NCBI RefSeq assembly: GCF_018977255.1
Contig: NW_024704755.1
Coordinates: 15,562,001 to 15,626,000, forward strand
DNA from: Callorhinchus milii
Taxonomy: Eukaryota
Length of the DNA: 64,000 nucleotides
Direction of reading: 5' to 3'
Part shown: positions 24,602 to 37,437 of the stretch, one piece after another
Layout of the letters: each line of letters starts with the position of its first letter
How positions within the stretch are numbered: the first letter of the stretch is position 1
The notes under the pieces: generated by a model
The model's database searches: none
Told to the model about the DNA's origin: nothing
What the model saw: only the letters and a program-made list of their open reading frames with translations
Made by a program: the position numbers and the translations under genes

Positions 24602-25545
24602 TCTATTCTAATAAAGATGAAGTGTGTGTCTGTGTGACAGTATATCCAACAATCACACAACAACCCATTGACGTAGAGACTGATTTATATCTCATCGGAA
24701 AGGTCTTGCATCTGACAATGTGATGGGCACAATTGGAGGGAATCTCCTATCGTTGATGAGCTGTATTAAAAAATGCTTTAAATAACCCCCAAAATATGAG
24801 GTATACAACTACCTAGCGACAGAGTAACGCATACGCGGTTCAGAGAGATACATCTATATTCTGCAAATTTATGGCACTTTTTTCTGATTGTCATGGAGCT
24901 AGATACTTCCCATGTGGGACAGACATTGAGAGAGAGACTGAGAGAGAGAGAGACTGAGCGAGCCAAAGAGAGAGAAAAGAAAGAGACTGGGAAAGAGAAA
25001 CTGAGAGAGAGCGAGAGAGAGAGAATATATTATAAATTGTATTGAATGTGTGTTTGTGGAAGAGATAGAGAAAGACTGAGAGAGAGAGACTGAGAGAGGC
25101 AGACTGAGAGAGACAGTCAGAGAGAGAGACTGAGAAACAAGATAGTGAGGGAGATTGAGAGAGAGACTGAGAGAAATAAACAGACAGAGAGAGAGAGACT
25201 GAGAGAGAGAGAGTGGAAGAGATACTGTGAGAGACACTAAGAGAGAGAGAAACTGAGATAGAGAGAGAGAGAGAGAGACTGAGAAAAACACGGAGATATA
25301 GAGGCTGAGAAAGATTGAGACTGAGAGAGAGACAGAGAGACTGAGAAAGAGAGACACATACACTGAGAGAGACTGAGAAAAAATATATTGAAGAAGTCCT
25401 CCCACTGAGTCATCCCAAAAGGAGAACTCCCACAGGAATCCTCCCAGCTGAGTATAATGTCTAGAACAAGTGTCTGGTTGTGTCTCAATCTACATGCCAT
25501 ATTGGATCCTTTGGTTGCAAGCGAAGCTGCAATCGGTACAGATAG
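24602..25545 (+). mobile_element. Non-autonomous Helitron-like element carrying a (GA)n expansion
   Basis: 5' end A|TCTATTCTAATAAAG; 3' hairpin TTGCAAGCGAAGCTGCAA followed by ATAG|T (CTAG variant). Confidence 0.5.
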
Positions 25546-25599
25546 TATTCTATGTATAGTTAGGTTTTTATCCCCTTCTTTTATACCTTTGTTTTCTCC

Positions 25600-26290
25600 A
25601 AGGAACATAACACAAGAAATCAGTGTTTGATTCTGTTTTCTGACAATACAATTGTATGGTGGTGGCAGGGACCATGGCCTACTCCATGGGAAAAGGCATC
25701 ATCCTCTTTAAGCAGAAGGAGGAGAGGGAGGAAAATAAGAACTGGCAACCGATGTCGGTGCTGAATGTAGATCATAATATCCTGGCAAGGGAATCTCCAA
25801 CTGGATTAACGCAATACTGTGAGAGTGATCCGCTTGGCCCAGACCTGTGTGATTCCAGGCTGGAGGATCTCTGATAGCTTTGCGCTACTGAGGGACACCA
25901 TTGCTTATGTGCAGGAAGTGGGATAGAAATCTGACTGATCCATCTGAATCAGGAGGGATTTGACTTGATCATTGACAGAGCGACCTGTCTGCCCTATCCC
26001 TGCTTGTATAGATACCCAAAACATTATTTTGCCAACCCAAATACATTGGACCTAACTCAGCCACAAGGAAACTTCCTCCCTCCAAGGACAGTCAGTCTTT
26101 GGCAATTAAACATCCATTCAAGTACAGGGTTTAGTCTGTATTGTATGGATACAAGGTGCCTGGAATTCTCTTTGAACCTCTTTGTGAGCAGTACAACTGA
26201 GCATTGAATGTGAGAGTGGATAGACCCCCAACCTCAAGCTCCTCTTGCACACATCATACTGATTGAGTAGTGGCTGAACCAGTTTACACA
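25600..26290 (+). mobile_element. Second copy of the L1/Tx1 RT fragment (segmentally duplicated)
   Basis: Homologous to 1900-2680; includes ORF 25656-25874. Confidence 0.75.
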
Positions 26291-27339
26291 GTGTCATTTT
26301 ACTGAAGCATTCAGTGAATCAATGAACAATAAACAACCTCAAGAATTTTTTTTTTAAAAAGCCTGTGTTAAAGTATGACAAACAGACAGTAACGCCCACA
26401 AAACACACACAGCTACAAGACTTACAGTATATCCTGCAAAATACTTTGAGACATTGTGACTACGTGATAAGGCACTATATCAAATTCATAGTTATTATTA
26501 GATATGACTTTGAAGTAAACCCACAGCACAGCTCTGGCTGCACTTGTGGTGAGACAGCGCAAAGGCATAGATCTCCAGAATGATATGTCTTATGTCGTTA
26601 GAAAACAAACACACTGCTCTATTTAATTTGAATGAGCGAATCTCTTGTAACGCAATTATTTATCGACATTTTCAAATTCACCAGAACCATTGAGGTTTTA
26701 ATTCTGAGATGTTTCATGTTAAGTATATTTTTAGCAGTTACGTGAACAGTTCAACACTCATACCACAACTTTTTTCTGCATGGGACGAATTGCATCATAT
26801 TTTATTGAACAGCTTTTAAGCTCGCCTATATCATTACATTAATGCTGAAGAGACAGATTGACCAGAGGAGACTGGTTCGAGCAATTTGTGTTTTTATTGA
26901 TAAAAAGGCTGATTGAACATGTTAAACAATAGGTCTTAAGTTTCATCCACTGGTTTTCATTTGTGGCAGTTAAAATGCTATTTTTTAATCAAATAATTCA
27001 TTAGTGATCTTCACAAATCTTATCAGATTCGTACAAAAATACTGTTGGCAATTAATTATGGATTATAGATATAGCCAGCAATGTCTTCCAAGAAATTTCC
27101 TAAAGGTATATAATGTAATAATAAATGCAGTTATAGTTGAACCAGATGCAAAAAGAAATGCAGCACAGGACTAAGATGCTAATTATTCGGTATTGTGGAA
27201 AACTACATCTAATATACACCAATATCAGTTTCTGAGCCTGTTGCATTACATGGATCTTGGTTCCCTGCAGATAGTTGCTGCTGCTGCTCCATGGTTTCTC
27301 ACATGTAGCTCTGCATACGTTGTATCTTTAACAGTACTT

Positions 27340-27420
27340 TTAGGTTTTCCTATATTTTTTTAAAGGATGTAAATCCAGAACATCACGTACTAGTTTGTTC
27401 CCGGCTGCACTTTGCTTGGT
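27340..27420 (-). pseudogene. Gene 3 terminal exon C, degenerate
   Basis: TKQSAAGNKLVRDVLDLHPLKKYRKT*. The ITIM Tyr is lost, and a frameshift at or near the A7 run (27355-27361) puts TTYAEL out of frame. Confidence 0.62.
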
Positions 27421-27879
27421 CTGAAAAGGCAATGTTTGAGAAATTAATTACATTAGTTTGTTTTTGCACAGTCTTTAGAAATCTCCTCATTTATTTGCCA
27501 ATTATTATTGCAGCACCGCTTGCCCCACAGCTCATTTGATGAAGGCCCTGGTCCCCAAGAACTGAGTTGAACAGAATCTAGACACAATTCTTTCCTTATT
27601 GGATTAGTTGCGCATCGACAGCAACCGCGGGCTGGGAAAGAAAAGTGAAGAGCAACCAGGGGAGCAGTTCATCAAATGATCTGGAGATAAATGTTTCTCT
27701 TTTGCTAAACGTTGGCAGATTGCTGGCACCATTTCATAGCCCAGGTAGAGAAGGGACAGAGAGAGAAAAGATCAGAGGTGATAGAGAGGGTAACAACAGA
27801 AATATACAAACTAACTTATAATAAACAATGGAGTGATTTCCACTATATATAATTTAGCAAGAAAAATTCTCAGATATAC

Positions 27880-27991
27880 CTGGGGCTACAAAGTCCTCTC
27901 ATCTTGTGTTTTAGGTCTTGGAGTTTTCTTGGAACGTTTCGAATCCACTTTGGCAAATGTCAATGAACTCATACCCTGCTCCCTGCAGCAT
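27880..27991 (-). pseudogene. Gene 3 cassette B, frameshifted
   Basis: 112 nt (+1 relative to 111). The entry frame stops at 27911-27913. The ancestral frame reads LTFAKV ... RTL*, so both Tyr are lost. Confidence 0.7.
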
Positions 27992-28284
27992 CTGTAAAAC
28001 AGTCCGTGATAGATTGTTGGCTTCGCTGGTGTAGAGACTACTGTGTACGTATTTATCACAATGCCCTCAAGAATAAATAGTTTCAACTATGTTTAAAATA
28101 TTTAAATATAGCTTCCAAATATTTTAGCAGCGAAAATCAACCAGTGTAGCAGTTATTCATTGACCTACAGAAATATAGGCTGTGCCCTTCCGTATATAGC
28201 TAATGTCCCAGAACCTCATAGATTCACACACAATAACTCGTCTTACGCAAGAAGAATAACTACTTGGTTATGCAGTAGCTTGGA

Positions 28285-28815
28285 GATTGTCCTCCCTCAA
28301 TAGTCTGCAGATTATCCAGAACTCTGCAGCTCGTGTCCTCTCTGTATAATTCTCCATGACCCTGTCACTCCATCCTCACCCGACTGCATGGCTTCCCATC
28401 ATACAGATGACACAGTTAAAGATCTTGGTCCTCACCGTACAAGCCCTCCATGGCCTTGCTCCCCCCTACCTCTGTGACCTCCTAAACCCCTACCAACCTG
28501 CCCACTTCCTCCATTCAGCAGGCTCGCCTGCTTAATATCCCGCACATCACCTGCCCCACCATTGGTGGATGAGCGTTCAGCTACTCCGCCCCACCTTCTG
28601 GAGCTCCGCCCTTCAGTACCTCTGCCTTGCCTCTCCCCTTGCCTCCTTTAAGACCCATCTCAAGATACTCCACTTTGACCATGCTTTGAATCACACCCCT
28701 CCAGCCTCCCTGATCCCGACCCCCAGTTCTGCTTCGAAACACTAACTCTCCAGCATCTTGGGAAGTCCTCTCGATGTGAAAGGCATTATACAAAGGTAAT
28801 TTTGTTGTTGTTGTT
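28285..28815 (+). mobile_element. L2 3' fragment
   Basis: Reverse complement of the L2 pieces elsewhere in the window; (ttg)n tail. Confidence 0.78.
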
Positions 28816-29329
28816 CATTGACCTACAGAAATATGGAGTGTGCATTTCCGTGTATAGATGATGTCCCAGTACTTCATAGATTGATGCACACAATATCTCG
28901 TCTAACAAGTAAGACTTGCTTCAGTAATAATCCCTCCAAAGCAAAACAATAATAAATTGGTTATTTTCAACCCACGACTGTTTGTGGGACACTGCTGTGC
29001 GCAATTGGCTGCCACATTTTGCCCACAAATATACAGTTAATTCACCTTACAGCATATTCTGTGAAGCGCTTAGAGATGGCTAGAAGACGTGAAAAGCGCT
29101 ATATCAAATGCAAGGATTATTATATGTAGAATAACTATTTGGCTATACAATGGCGGATTGTCACCATCATATCACAGCCCAGGACATAGCCAGAGAGTGA
29201 AGATTAGAGGACAAAGAAAGATTAACCACAAAAATGTACAAACTATCTTTTAGTAAACACTGAAGTGAGCAAGAAAATTAAATTGTTTAGAAGAGGTTTT
29301 GTTTTTGATTGTGTGTTTCTCAGATATAC

Positions 29330-29440
29330 CTGAGCGTACACAGTCCTCGTCTCTTGTCTTTCAGAGCTTGGAGCTTTCTTGGAACCAGTCAAATTCAATT
29401 TGACATAAGCCACTGGCTGATTCTCTGCTCTGTGTGTCGT
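29330..29440 (-). CDS. Gene 3 exon 6, cassette A (ITIM VAYVKL, TVYAQ)
   Basis: 111 nt, phase 0-0; read-through gives ITSM TVYAQV and a stop at 29243-29245. Confidence 0.82.
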
Positions 29441-29788
29441 CTATGTGATCACAACAAGAAAAATACATTACATTTCTATCGCACATTTTAAGTTGTGCTG
29501 ATGTCCTAAGGCGCTGATGGATTGTTCTGAAAATTGTTGTGTGTGCACTGATCAGAAAGCCCTCGAGAATAAATATTTTCCCCGAAGTTTATGCTGTTTA
29601 ACATATAGCTCTGTAATCAATTACATGAAACTCGGTACCTCATATTTCAACATACATTGAGGCCATGTAGGTGTACGTAGAGAATACATTTAAAATGCTT
29701 TTATTTCTTAATCATGAATAATATCTTTCCATTACAAGAAATCTGTTTTCAGCTGAGACATCTGCTGAAATGAATTTAATAAATGTAC

Positions 29789-29832
29789 CTGTTCTTCGTA
29801 ATGTCCCCTTCTGTTTTGGTTTCTGCGTGAGC
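29789..29832 (-). CDS. Gene 3 exon 5, cytoplasmic linker GSRRNQNRRGHYEEQ
   Basis: 44 nt, phase 1 to 0, CAG|gtacat donor. Confidence 0.75.
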
Positions 29833-31464
29833 CTTGGAAAGAAATTCAATAAATGAAGTATTCATTCAATTTCCACGTAAATATTTTCAAACATATTTTG
29901 GTTAGACCGAATAAAAAGTGATTCAAAGTCCATGAAATGCCAGAGATTGGTTCTAAATCGTTGATGGAATAAGTGAGAAAATGGATAAATTATGGCATGG
30001 AATATAAAACCAAAGAGGTAATGCTAAAATGAAAAATTGTTAGTTAGAGCACAATTAGAATATTGTGTCCAGGATTATTTACCCACTTAGGAAAGACCTC
30101 AAAGAATGAATGTGGTGCAGAAGAGATTTTCCAGATGATACCCGGGGAGGTTGGTTTGATCTGTGAGCAGAGACTGGAGGATCTGGGACATTCCTCTTTG
30201 GAACAAAAAACTTTGAGTGGCGACCTGCTGGAGCTCTTTAAAATTATGAAGTGTTTTGACATCAATGGAGAATTTATTTCTAATGGTAGGTGATTCAGTG
30301 ATGAAAATGCAGTGGCTATGATGGCCATAAAATGGGAAATAGGAAGGTAAGGAGATATTTTTTCCACACACACAGTAGTTAGGAAACCCTGTTGAGTGTG
30401 ATGGTTGAGGTAAAATGCGCATTCGTTTTCAAAAGGGTTCCAGAAGAAGTAACCTAATATGGGTTAACTGGAAAGATAATTGGGAAAATCAGGTAAATTG
30501 GGACTAAAAGCTTTGCTCTTAAAAAGGCAGCACAGAAACAATGGATGGAATGGGACAGTATGCACAGCTGTGCTGTAAATTTGTATTGTTCTACCCAGTT
30601 GAAAATGTACCTCTTTGTCTTCAGTTTCAGAGGTCTTTCCTGTCCCCACCACCCAATTCCATGACCAGTTGGGGTGACCAACCAAGCAACGTCAATAATT
30701 TTGTGTCTTCCACAAGGCATGAATAGCGCTATATAAATGTGAATTTGTATTGTACGGTTAAATGTTTCCCTATTTCCCTTTGTTAAATTTTCCCTTATTC
30801 CTTTTTCTCCCTATTTAAAAAAGAATATGAAATTCTTTGTCACATTTTCCAGGAATATCTTGAAATTGTCACGCAATCTATTGTTGAGAAATCATATTTT
30901 ACGATATTGGGAACAGAATCCTAAATCTGAGTTCTACAGTCGCATTTCAGCTGATACCTGATGCTTTTCTCCAATTATAACTGTTCGTGGGACATTGCTG
31001 TGTGCAATTGGCTGCCGCGTTCGCCCACAAATATGCAGTCAATTCACTTTACAGTAAATACTGTGAAGCTCTTTGGGACGTCAAGAAGGCCTGAAAAGCG
31101 CTATATCAAATGCAAGGATTATTATTATTATTAGTAGTAGTAGTATTATATACTCAATCTGGATTTTGGTATATTGGGCACAATTGCTAAGTTTGCTGAT
31201 GAGACACAAGTGCAACAGTGAAGAGGATTGTAGTTTAATTGAAGAGATAACAGACCCAGCAGATTGCTCAGAGACAGAGAGATGGCAGGTGACACTGGGC
31301 ATTTTGGGTATGTAACTGGGTGGGTCGTATAACAGTGTGCTGTGGGTGAAAGTGGCTCAGGCGGAATCTGCATTTTCTAAACTAGTACATTTTCTAAAAT
31401 TAATTAATTGTAGCGGTAAGTGGAAAACCAGGTCAATGTAATGTGCATTAAGATCATAAGATCA

Positions 31465-33270
31465 TAAGACGTAGGAGCAGGAGTAGGCCAATCGGCCCCT
31501 CGAGCTGCCTCGCCATTTAATAAGATCATGGCTGATTTTCTAACCTAATTCCATTTACCCGCCCTATTCCCATATCCCTTAATCCCTCTATCCTTTAGAA
31601 ATCTATCAACTTCAATATGTTCAAGGATGAAGTATCCACAGCCTTCTGGGGTAGAGAATTTTACAAATTCACTACCCTCTGAGTGAAGAAAAATTTTCTC
31701 AACTCAGTTTGAAAAGACTGACCCTTAATCTTGAGCTATGACCCCTAGTTTTAGATTCTCCAACCAAGGGAAACAGTCTCATGGCATCTACCCTGTCAAG
31801 GTTTCTATAAGATCACCATTGTTTATTCTTCTATACTCAAGAGAATATAGGCCTAGTCTCCGCCAATACCTCTCCCCAAAAGCCGCTGAAACTCTGGTCC
31901 ATGCCTTTGTCACTGCCCGGCTGGATTTCTCTAATGCCCTCCTCGCCGGTCTCCCATCCACTACCATCCATAAAATCCAACTCATTCAGAACTCTGCCGC
32001 CCACGTTCTCACCCGCATGAAACTCCGTTCCCCGATTTCTCACCCCAGTCCTTGCCAGACTGCACTGGCTGCCTATCCCAGAGATTTCAAGATCCTGAGT
32101 AAAGTGAAGTGCAGACAGGCTGTTCTTTGTTTTTCAGTTTCATTTAATGAGCTTTCTTTTGTCTAGCATTTTTACTTATCCTTGAAAGGTTTGATTTTTG
32201 CGTAGGCATTTTTATAATGATAAATATAAATGTATAATTTATAATCACTGGAACGTCCTCCCAACATGAAATGTGCATTAACAATGTAATTTTGGTTTTC
32301 TTGCTGTGTCTTAGCTTCATCTGTGTTCTTTATTTTGTTCCCTCCATCAGTTGGCCACATGTGTGCTCTGTGACACAGGTTGCCATAGGGTTACTTTGAA
32401 TTTGCGGCCACCAGGTGTAAATGCAGGGAAAAATGCAATAATGAAATACATTTTAGGTCATAGTTCATGAACGATAGGAGATAACCAAAAACAAAAATGT
32501 CCATGTCACTCCCAAGTGCAGAACGGCTGAAATCGTTTGAAAAGTAACGGGAGGAGAAGAACAACAGTGTGTTGCAACTACGAAGTAAAGTACCCAGTTT
32601 AGCTGTACACCATTGATGATTCAAAGGACATGTGTCTGTACTATTGACTGTCTGTTGTATTTGTTGTAATTGAACTGACAAACTTTACATTTCTTATTAA
32701 GTAAAGATTTTTAAAGCTTGAGTTGCTGAGTGTCTTTGACGTATCTTAAAAGAGAATGGTGTTTAGTTGAAGGTAATATTCGTGCCTTTCAGTAACATGT
32801 AAGTTCTTGGGCCACACTTAATTACCAAAAAAATATAAACACAATGACATATGTAACAAAAAATACAGAAAATATGTAAATCAAAAGTTAATGGGTCCTT
32901 TTAAAGAGTGAGGGGCAGGATGCAAAAAACATAGCCATTTTGCTTAATGGAAAATGACGCTTGCTGCAAATAGATGCGGTTCTGGTGGTTTTGGAAATTT
33001 CGGCAGTCAAATGTGAACTATTTCAGTTAATGATATATTTTAGTATATGCCTAAAACTAATGGTTACAGTGGTGCATAGAGGCGATCTGCATACCTGTGG
33101 TTGTGCCCTTAAAACATTGCACAAGTCCAAGTTATTGTTGTTGCTGTTGTAGTTTACTCAACCTATCCCCATAAGTCAACCCCCTCATCCCAGGAACCAA
33201 CCTCGTGAATCTACGCTGCACCCCCTCTAAGGCGAGTATGTCCTTTTTTAAATAAGGAGACCAAAACTGT
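31465..33270 (-). mobile_element. CR1 3' fragment interrupted by a ~1.3-kb composite insert (~31858-33153)
   Basis: CR1 sequence ...ataggcctagtctc resumes at actcaacctatcc; the whole segment is absent from the matching gene 2 intron. Confidence 0.65.
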
Positions 33271-33520
33271 AAAGCTGTAAATTTCTGTAGTTCTATCGCA
33301 ACAGATTTCATATGTTGGTTTCATGGAAACTTCTGATTAAATGCATCTAAATATATACAGGTGAGTTTCTATGAGGACATTTGCATTTGTGAATCAATTA
33401 CAACACATTAATCATTTGTGTAGCTATACAAGGGTGAGAGGTTTGCTCTCGTTGTCACCTAATTGTTCTATTCAATTAAATATTTATAATTAACATAAAT
33501 GACATAGGAATATATCTTAC

Positions 33521-33631
33521 CTTTCCTTTTCTTTAACAGACATTGTTTCCCAATGATGATCAAAAGCAGCAGAATTGCCAGCCCTCCAGCAGCACATCCA
33601 GCCATCAGTGCATAGCGCTCAGCCTTACTCC
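33521..33631 (-). CDS. Gene 3 exon 4, transmembrane exon
   Basis: 111 nt, phase 1-1: GSKAERYALMAGCAAGGLAILLLLIIIGKQCLLKKRK; uncharged TM span. Confidence 0.9.
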
Positions 33632-34319
33632 CTACAGGAACATCATACGGGAAAGTGTTGGTGACTCCAGCAATGAGTTATAGTTTTATTCCCTACACAG
33701 TGTTATACTTATATTACAGTTATAGTTTTATTCCCTACACAGTGCATCAGGTCAGAGATTTTAAAGTGGATTTTTTGGAAAAAAAAGTTTTATATTGTCT
33801 GTGGCAGTGCAACCCGTTGGTCAAAAATCAGCCAGCCAAACTCATCAGCGAGACTGAGAGTAGCAGCCAGTCACTGGGGTGCAAAGGCAACAGCTAACCT
33901 GCGCCATGTAGTCCTACTTAGTGAAAGTTACCAAATGAAGAAAATGTAATACCCAATTTGAAGGGAAGTATCTATCACTTAATAAGAACAAAATAGAACA
34001 TACCGCGATTACAGATGTACATTTGATGCTCTCACTTATGATTCAGGAAAGTCAAAGGATTTGAAACTTATTAAAAGAATTTACAGATTAAGAGACGAAA
34101 GACTAAGTTCAAATAATGACATGTGAAGTTGAATGTTAAACAGGATTCTGCAAGAAAATTATATGATTATAATTTATAATATATATGATTATAAATTATA
34201 TGATTACAATTTTCTGATTATAAATTATATGATTATAATTTTCTGTGTAAATAAATGGAAATATGTTTTACATAACAATTTAGTTGAAAACGATTGTCTT
34301 CAGGATATTGGCAAATTAC

Positions 34320-34631
34320 CTTTATTGGATTCAGAAACAGTGTAGACGGCAACGACTGGAATCCGGAGGGTGATGTGAGATACCAGACAGGTATAAACAG
34401 CCCCACTCTGTACAGGCTGTGTCTCTTCCATAGACCTCGAAGCTTTATAAAGTCCTTTTGAATTCTTTGCTTCAGTGAGATCTATCCCAGTTTTAACTTC
34501 ACTGCCATCTTTATTCCAGGTGAGCGTTACATCTCCCGGGTAGAACTCAGCCGTTTCACACACAAGAGTCAAAGACTTTGATGAATCTCTTTCAGAATCT
34601 CTGGGGAATATCTTCAGTGGGGTTGGGGGGA
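34320..34631 (-). CDS. Gene 3 exon 3, Ig C1-set domain
   Basis: 312 nt, phase 1-1; LVCETAEFYPGDVTLTWNKDG...YTCLVSHITL; closely similar to the gene 2 C1. Confidence 0.92.
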
Positions 34632-36966
34632 CTGTAGGGCAGACAGTGGAGTAGAATCACATTACTGTTGATCAGCTGGAATATAAAACTTTATTCTCAT
34701 TAGAATTTTATATTAACTCTTTCCTTGGAACATAAGAGAAAGGAATCTGGATTGTAAAGGCAAGAAAATGCCGTTTTAAAAAGTGTTTGTGTCTTTTGTT
34801 TGTAATGATGTGTTCAGTTTAGGAGATATAGTAGACTTGGAGGGCCTAAAGAAGTGAAGGAGTTCATAATCTTAATATTGTGGCTCTCAGAATTGATGTG
34901 GAATCCTTCTCATCACATGGAATATTGTGAAGTTGTGGAATACAATTCCAACAGTGGCCTTAGATGCAGATTTAAGTGGGATATTTAAATGGGAGATAGA
35001 TAATAGTTTTAAGGGATTTGGAGAGTTGTGGATTAAAAGCTCTGCTACCATTTTAGAGCAACAACAACCTGGATTTAAATAGCAACCATCATGCAGGATA
35101 GTGAATTTAGATGCAGATTCAAATTAAGATTTCACCATGAATAGAGAATAAGAAAAACCTCCCCATGCACACCAACATTAATTTTGTTCCACTATATTTC
35201 TTTAAATTGTATAAGTTTCCAACTAATTTACGACAGTTACAATAGGTGTTCGAAACCATTTCATGTTGTATGTGGAATATTGCTGCAAGTTAAAAGTTCA
35301 GATTTTATAAAATGTTAACTTCTGCTTTTTGTATTTATCATAAAAGTAATAATCTTTGCATTTGGTGTATAATCTTAGATGTTGTTAAAATAGCTCAAAT
35401 TGCTGCACTTAATATGCTGTCAAGTGGATTAATTATCTATTTGTAGACGAAATTCAGAAAAAATTATGTAAATCACTAAATTGTAATTGCCTGGACTACA
35501 GGTGCAAACGTTTCTGATGAATAATAATCCTAATAATAATTCTTATCTTCGAGGGAGTTTTTCAGGATGAGAGGACCATCTCAAAGCATTTCACGAGATT
35601 CACTGTAAAGTGTGTCAATTTTGCATTTTTGTAGGGGAACACAGCAGCCAGTTTTCCATATAGCAATGGAGTGAATAACCAAATTTAACTGAGGGATTCA
35701 TTGGCCAGAATACAGCGTGGAAGAATTTCTCTTCTTTTTTGAATAGTACCACAGGATCTTTAATCTGTAGGATTCTGTAATTAATGTGTTAAATAATATC
35801 TCAAACTATGTCTACTTCATATATTTGAAACATATGATCACTCGCATATGAGGAGAGCTGGTAGTGATGAGCTTCAAAGAAGATCCTTTCTCAATGAGGA
35901 GAAACAAAAGTCTGTTTATAAACAAACTGCTTTCATTCCTAATCAATCGTTTTCTCATGAAAAAATGTCTGCAGCTGGAAAGAGCTCTGTTGCATTTGTT
36001 TTTAGAATGGAACCATCTTGCAAAAGGCAATAGGTAAAACGTCACCTCATCAACAGTATAAATGGAGATCGATTCAAAGGAGAAGGAAGAAAATTGGAAC
36101 TTGGAGTCACACTCCATTTTCCAGCTTCTAAAGAAGGAAGATTATGAATTATACAACTCTAAACCTGCAATAATATCCGGATACTTCTGGGCGATATCGA
36201 ACTGGAAACCGTACAACAATACTTGGATACTTTTTGATGGACAAACACTTGGATAAAAATGGACATTACATTGGACATTGCTCCTCTATCTCTCCCCCAG
36301 CATTTAGTTTGGTCAACTTAAATTGTGTTGAACTGTAGTGTATGCAGATACGTAAGCAAAATTGGATGTATTTTAATAAATTATAACCATTATCAATCAT
36401 AATTAATAAAATTTGATTAACTGTGCCACATTTGTTTCAGTTCGTAGTTCACCGTAGGGTAACGAATGTAAAGGAACCCTCACATATCCACCTGAACAAG
36501 CAGAAGGGACCTGGGTTTAACTTCTCAACCAAATAGCGGGAATCCATAGATCAATCCCCTTGTCTTGCATTGAATTGTCAGTAACGTGGGATAATCCCTA
36601 TGAACGTGTTCAGGACAGAATAAGTTATCAGATAGATATCAGTTCTAGTTACGACAGTATGGATGGATATAAATGTTTGAAAACATTCCTTAACACAATT
36701 ATTCAGCAATTCAACTTCCCACTTTGTTGTGTTTGATAAATTCGCCGGCTCAGATCAGTACAATAACGAACGGGCAAAGCTTTGTTTGCATAATATTCTG
36801 CTCTTCAATGTGCTTCATATTGAAATTAAACCTGTCCTTGTCTGCTGTGCAATCTTATCTTTGTCTGAGAGTAGAGGATTAAATAAATAATTTACCCATA
36901 TTGATTTCAAAATGTAGCAATCCATCGCCGTTCACGATTCTCCGTTACTATTGTATTCACACTTAC

Positions 36967-37272
36967 CATGTACAATTAACTGTGATCCAGTTCCATTTCC
37001 TGCTATTTTTCCCTGAAGGACCACTGCGCAGAGATAGACTCCTGAGTCCTGAAAACTCACGTTTAGGAGCTGGAATGTTTTTGAATCGAATATTTTCTTG
37101 TTGTCGGGTTTTGTATTTAAGTAGTGACTCTCTCCTTGTTTCCACCAGTAAAGTGTTACATATGAACTTTGTTGGATATTGACAGCCCAGCAGGTAAATT
37201 TAACGTTTTCACCTCGTAATGCCGTCTGTGCTTGAGGATGTTGGGTAACTTTCACCGATGCATCACCAGCAA
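36967..37272 (-). CDS. Gene 3 exon 2, VJ-type Ig V domain
   Basis: 306 nt, phase 1-1; VKFTC, LYWWKQ, DSGVYLC, GNGTGSQLIV; lies within ORF 36932-37336. Confidence 0.93.
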
Positions 37273-37382
37273 CTGTCAGGAAATCAATTAACCAATAATT
37301 AGTGATTACACAAATCAAATAAAAGCAATACAACAAACAGAGAGAGGGGAAGAAAAAATAAATAAATAAATAAATAACATAC

Positions 37383-37437
37383 CTGTGACAATAATCCCCA
37401 TTAGAGAAAGATAGGGGATCACATTAATCGCCATCAT
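37383..37437 (-). CDS. Gene 3 exon 1, leader MMAINVIPYLSLMGIIVT(G)
   Basis: 55 nt, phase-1 donor AG|gtatgt. Confidence 0.87.

Noticed and set aside
33670-34240. Short tandem repeats (26-bp duplication near 33680-33745; ATTATATGATTATA units at 34150-34240) as an array-like element
   Set aside because: Simple slippage expansions with no unique spacers; CRISPR is not applicable to this vertebrate DNA.
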